Below, piece by piece: positions 34,400 through 37,498 of a DNA stretch of 37,498 bases. The stretch covers positions 1 to 37,498 of the IMG/VR virus record IMGVR_UViG_3300036770_003979. One strand, 5' to 3'. A program made the position numbers and the translations under genes. Under the pieces are notes generated by a model. It was given only the letters and a program-made list of their open reading frames with translations, ran no database searches and was not told the DNA's origin. Each line of letters begins with the position of its first letter. Within the stretch, counting starts at the first letter, position 1. This stretch comes from a virus (Duplodnaviria > Caudoviricetes).

Positions 34400-34681
34400 T
34401 TACAGAGAAGATTGAAAAACTTTTTGAGCCATGGCATAGACGAAATCTACAACAACCTTGTTACCCATCTTTTGAACTTCGATGAGTTGACCCTTCTCGT
34501 TACGGAATGTTGCGGTCTTTGTCATACGATTGTACTCACACAAGAATCGACGTTGTTCGTCGTTGACGATTGACGTAGGACGGAGGATCATGTGATACGT
34601 CGTCACGGTATCACGTTTACGGTCACCAACCTGCTTCTCGGCAGTGTGAAGGTAGAACGACGAAAACTTGGTGTTTTTCAT
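34400..34681 (-). CDS. Hypothetical protein
   Basis: Start moved to MKNTK (34681); first gene after the promoter at 34719-34749. Confidence 0.65.
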   Translation of the reverse strand: MKNTKFSSFYLHTAEKQVGDRKRDTVTTYHMILRPTSIVNDEQRRFLCEYNRMTKTATFRNEKGQLIEVQKMGNKVVVDFVYAMAQKVFQSSL

Positions 34682-34718
34682 GGGGATTGTCCCGATTTGT
34701 GTGGAGAATTTCAATACA

Positions 34719-34749
34719 CAAATCTACGGCATATATCCGAAATATCCAA
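34719..34749 (-). promoter_or_regulatory. Bacteroidota-type promoter (TTG-N20-TAGATTTG)
   Basis: Exact TAnnTTTG element; GCTTGGA upstream element as in other copies. Confidence 0.7.
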
Positions 34750-34775
34750 GCAAAATCGGTCGGTGTGGATAACTT

Positions 34776-34879
34776 TTTAAGTCTATGAAAATAAAGGACT
34801 TACGCCGATAAACGTAAGTCCTTATAAATCAAGGGGTTACAACGATTTTACTGTAAGTCCAATAAAATAAGGGGGTTAC
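34776..34879. repeat. Palindromic repeat array, copy 2 (three TAAGT-N15-(AC/GG)TTAC units)
   Basis: Units start at 34778, 34815 and 34854; 34776-34832 matches 29089-29144 except for a 2-versus-3 nt loop difference. Confidence 0.9.
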
Positions 34880-34887
34880 ACTTGTGT

Positions 34888-35004
34888 TCAACGGTTATAC
34901 CGTTCCTCTTCAAGTTCTGTTATGGTCTTACGTTGAAAGTAAACTACCACAGATAACGCAATAATTGTGAGAGATTTCAGTATCGAAATTACGTCACCTA
35001 TCAT
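34888..35004 (-). CDS. 38-aa single-TM peptide
   Basis: MIGDVISILKSLTIIALSVVVYFQRKTITELEEERYNR; starts 1 nt after the exonuclease stop; below the ORF-track cutoff. Confidence 0.5.
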   Translation of the reverse strand: MIGDVISILKSLTIIALSVVVYFQRKTITELEEERYNR

Positions 35005-35005
35005 T

Positions 35006-35824
35006 TCACTGTACATATGTATTCTCCTTTTCCTTTTGTTCCACACGTTGAAGATAATCTGTCAGTACAATCTCGTGTTTCTTTTTCAACTTATCATCTG
35101 AAAGTGAGATTGCAAATTGTGCAGACTTGATTACATCCCGCATACAATACTCATTGATACTTTGAATGTTGTGGTCATCCCAAAAGAGATGACATACTTG
35201 ACGGCCGTCCACACCTTCTTCTTTTGAAGAACCAACACCCATCATTTCACAAGCAGACGAGAATCCACTCCAACCGTTTGCACCTGTTCCACTCCACCAG
35301 TCCATCAATTCTAAATTTTTCAAATCCCACGGCTTGAGACCAACGTTCACGAGAGTAGCCTGTGGGTAAAGTCCGTTTGCAAGAAGACGACGGTATAGAT
35401 ACGGAATATCAAACTTATTGATATTGTAACCACCAAGTGAACGACGTTCTTCTCCAAACAATTCGTAAAGATATTCATTGAATGGAATGATAATATCCCT
35501 GTCTGCATTCTTCTTATCTTCAATGGATTCATATTCTTCCCATGATGAGAAACCGAATGTACGATCGTCCCACTTCTTTTCCGTTGGATTCCAAATACGA
35601 GAACAGATAGATACAATCTGTCCGTGTTCAGGAGACAACATTGCACGATCTGCATATACATCTTCTACACGAAAAGCATTCCATTCGTTTTTCATACGAA
35701 TTTGACCTTCAAAGTCTTTCGCTGAATAAGGTTCTTTTTCCTTATACTCTTCCCAAGTCTTGTATCGAGTCGTAGTCTCAATATCAAAAAAGAGGGTATT
35801 TAGAATTTGATTCTTTGAAATCAT
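35006..35824 (-). CDS. Stand-alone 3'-5' exonuclease, DEDDy / PolB-like exonuclease family
   Basis: ExoI FFDIET, ExoII GYNINKFDIPYL, ExoIII YCMRDV. Confidence 0.88.
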   Translation of the reverse strand: MISKNQILNTLFFDIETTTRYKTWEEYKEKEPYSAKDFEGQIRMKNEWNAFRVEDVYADRAMLSPEHGQIVSICSRIWNPTEKKWDDRTFGFSSWEEYESIEDKKNADRDIIIPFNEYLYELFGEERRSLGGYNINKFDIPYLYRRLLANGLYPQATLVNVGLKPWDLKNLELMDWWSGTGANGWSGFSSACEMMGVGSSKEEGVDGRQVCHLFWDDHNIQSINEYCMRDVIKSAQFAISLSDDKLKKKHEIVLTDYLQRVEQKEKENTYVQ

Positions 35825-35949
35825 TTTGTGTCCTTTCGCCGTGAGAAGAAATCAATAAACCGTTCAACAATCCATCTTGTAATATACAACGTTCCTCCAA
35901 GAATTACAAGAAGAATAAGTGAAATCAACATTACTCTCATCAGTCCCAT
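35821..35949 (-). CDS. 42-aa single-TM peptide
   Basis: MGLMRVMLISLILLVILGGTLYITRWIVERFIDFFSRRKDTK; TAATG and ATGA overlaps at its two ends. Confidence 0.7.
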   Translation of the reverse strand: MGLMRVMLISLILLVILGGTLYITRWIVERFIDFFSRRKDTK

Positions 35950-36293
35950 TACGGCAACTCCATGTTTAGAGTTTCCAATACAACCTTTACAACCTTATCA
36001 CGCTCACGTTTACCTTCACCACCCGAAACAACTACAGTGTATTCGCCGTCCGTCAGGAAGTTCGGTTGTGACCCATATGTCCACCGTGTCGAGGGACGTT
36101 TAGGTGGTGTGGGTGTCGGCAACCATGGCATCCCCTTATTTACTTGGTCGAACCTCTCAACGATGACATCACCACTATAACCTACGGTGAGAACGTGACC
36201 AAACGGGTCGCCGTCTTTTATTGTCGGTTCTCTATCGGTTATCCATTGTACCATGACTTGAGTTACTCCTATACTTTGAAAGTACCACGTCAT
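35949..36293 (-). CDS. Hypothetical protein (DUF551-like W...D..P...WLP.P.PP pattern)
   Basis: WITDREP...GHVL...WLPTPTPP; coupled at both ends. Confidence 0.65.
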   Translation of the reverse strand: MTWYFQSIGVTQVMVQWITDREPTIKDGDPFGHVLTVGYSGDVIVERFDQVNKGMPWLPTPTPPKRPSTRWTYGSQPNFLTDGEYTVVVSGGEGKRERDKVVKVVLETLNMELP

Positions 36294-36406
36294 ACTCGAC
36301 TCGCATCTCGTTTCAACATCATTACTTCATCTTCTAAATCGTCTATTCTATTTTTCAACTTCGAGAAGTACCACCATCCCGAAATAAACATAATCAGTTC
36401 AATCAT
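36290..36406 (-). CDS. 38-aa peptide with hydrophobic N-terminus and short coiled coil
   Basis: MIELIMFISGWWYFSKLKNRIDDLEDEVMMLKRDASRV; ATGA overlaps on both sides; GAGG RBS. Confidence 0.65.
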   Translation of the reverse strand: MIELIMFISGWWYFSKLKNRIDDLEDEVMMLKRDASRV

Positions 36407-36495
36407 CTCTTCCTCTTTCTATCATTCCACACGATGAAACAAATTGTTGCGAAAAAAGCAACACTCACTATCGCGACTAATTCATTCTCGTTCAT
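36403..36495 (-). CDS. 30-aa single-TM peptide
   Basis: MNENELVAIVSVAFFATICFIVWNDRKRKR; AGGGGA RBS; its stop overlaps the next ATG. Confidence 0.65.
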   Translation of the reverse strand: MNENELVAIVSVAFFATICFIVWNDRKRKR

Positions 36496-36561
36496 GTTAT
36501 ATCCCCTTTGTGTTTTGACGAATTTCATTCAAGGTATACCGACGGATGATTTGTCCGTCTG

Positions 36562-36843
36562 TCATGATTTTACCTTGTTCAGTCCAATGAATGTTATTGA
36601 TTGTATTTTGTGAATCATCTCTACCATATCAAATTCAGTTACTACGGGAGATCCTTTCATGACGTTTTGGATTCCGTTTAGAGTTATCAGAAGTTCCGCC
36701 TTCTCCTCCTTCAATCTCTGAATCTCTAACGAAATATCTGCAAGTGCATTCTCTACTTCTTCTTGGGAAGGACAGATAACCTCGGTTGATTCGTAGTGAT
36801 GTTGAATCGCTTTGTCAATGATGAGTAAGTTGTAGGTTGTCAT
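36562..36843 (-). CDS. Hypothetical coiled-coil protein
   Basis: 93 aa; TAATG-coupled to the upstream small ORF. Confidence 0.7.
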   Translation of the reverse strand: MTTYNLLIIDKAIQHHYESTEVICPSQEEVENALADISLEIQRLKEEKAELLITLNGIQNVMKGSPVVTEFDMVEMIHKIQSITFIGLNKVKS

Positions 36844-37010
36844 TATTTCTTACCTGTTGTATTTTGATTACAGGAACACCGGGATTGAGATTCCTGTTGA
36901 TTGTTACATTGTCCGAACATACCCGTACCGATTGCCATCGCGGCAGAGAAGGCAATACATATTCCGAGGACGAAGAGTCCATATACGATTCGTTGGGTTT
37001 TCCTTGTCAT
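36843..37010 (-). CDS. 55-aa single-TM peptide with Cys-containing tail
   Basis: MTRKTQRIVYGLFVLGICIAFSAAMAIGTGMFGQCNNQQESQSRCSCNQNTTGKK; overlaps start/stop codons at both ends. Confidence 0.7.
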   Translation of the reverse strand: MTRKTQRIVYGLFVLGICIAFSAAMAIGTGMFGQCNNQQESQSRCSCNQNTTGKK

Positions 37011-37282
37011 TGATTTTCTTCTTCCTTTTGTTCTTCTATATCTGTAATGATTGAACTAATGTCTGATATGGTTTCGGGAGTAAGGATGTTATACACATCA
37101 TATCCTACTTTGATTTGAGTGTCAATATCTTTCAAGATAGAAAGCATCAATTCGTTTTGTTCCTTCAAATTTTCAACAATGTCTTCGTATTCGGATGTTG
37201 CATCCGCAACCCCACGAGAGTAAAAGTCACGTAGAAGATTATCTAATACGTCTTGTGCCTTATTTTTCTGTTCGTCTGTCAT
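37007..37282 (-). CDS. Hypothetical acidic coiled-coil protein
   Basis: 91 aa; AGGAG RBS; ATGA-coupled. Confidence 0.7.
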   Translation of the reverse strand: MTDEQKNKAQDVLDNLLRDFYSRGVADATSEYEDIVENLKEQNELMLSILKDIDTQIKVGYDVYNILTPETISDISSIITDIEEQKEEENQ

Positions 37283-37498
37283 TCCTTATCTCCTTCTACG
37301 AGAGCGATTGCTTCTTCAATCTCAAAGATAGCTCCGCCAAAATCGTGATCGTGGATCATTGAGTGCACAGTCCTCAACACATCCATCATCTCTTTGTTAT
37401 GATCCTCTAACTTCTTTACATCTTCACACTTTACCCAATCGCCGTTATCGGATTCCTCGATTTGTAAACGTTCTTCCCACCCGTCATTATTCCATGTG
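37279..37498 (-). CDS. Hypothetical protein (5'-truncated by window edge)
   Basis: Open frame ...EESDNGDWVKCEDVKKLEDHNKEMMDVL...GDKE whose TGA overlaps the 37282 ATG. Confidence 0.7.
   Translation of the reverse strand, partial: TWNNDGWEERLQIEESDNGDWVKCEDVKKLEDHNKEMMDVLRTVHSMIHDHDFGGAIFEIEEAIALVEGDKE

Noticed and set aside
29089-34879. Palindromic repeats as a CRISPR array
   Set aside because: Only 2-3 degenerate units per locus with 11-14 nt gaps, no unique 30-40 nt spacers and no cas genes.
36541-36559. GACGGA/TCCGTC hairpin as a terminator or promoter
   Set aside because: Only a 6-bp stem, with no U tract on the minus strand and no match to the TTG-N20-TA promoter pattern.
315-37054. 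Plus-strand ORFs in the track (e.g. 8643-9332, 15270-15947, 24947-25324) and short alternative-frame minus ORFs
   Set aside because: They lie antisense to or inside well-supported minus-strand genes, show the Ser/Phe-rich composition of shadow frames and have no recognisable motifs.
1-37498. Stop-codon reassignment, tRNA genes, introns or inteins
   Set aside because: Recognisable genes are intact and tightly packed under the standard code, TAA and TGA end many genes and TAG ends the spike gene at 16608. I saw no cloverleaf or intein motifs by eye.

Overview
A 37.5 kb fragment of a large contractile-tailed (myovirus-type, probably jumbo) phage genome. All credible genes are on the minus strand, densely packed and often translationally coupled; the plus-strand ORFs in the track look like shadows. 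Left part (1-17.9 kb): tail/baseplate module with gp25-like, gp6/baseplate-J-like and gp5/spike-like genes, a large wedge-like protein, two tandem paralogous tail proteins and a probable CHAP-type tail lysin. Middle part (17.9-28.7 kb): T4 gp55-like late sigma factor, ClpP, UvsE, a FISUMP-domain protein, Hsp20, ThyX and a membrane-anchored lysozyme-like protein. Right part (29-37.5 kb): early/accessory region of small ORFs (DUF4494-like, SPFH, orphan PD-(D/E)xK nuclease, DEDDy exonuclease, several tiny membrane peptides). Two promoter classes are visible: six TTG-N20-TAnn(T/A)T(T/A)(G/A) host-type promoters suggesting an FCB/Bacteroidota-related host, and a TAYTTATA late-type motif. The most striking signals are (i) a lysin gene whose 3' UTR is a long hairpin complementary to its own 5' UTR, with a coupled 12-codon leader ORF, reminiscent of hok/mok fold-back control; (ii) two near-identical ~56 bp palindromic TAAGT-N15-ACTTA arrays bracketing a 5.6 kb block; (iii) a CHAP-like domain split by a ~110 aa coiled coil; (iv) strong [ST]-[GA]-S enrichment in a subset of virion proteins. 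All family calls come from motif recognition by eye, not from database searches.
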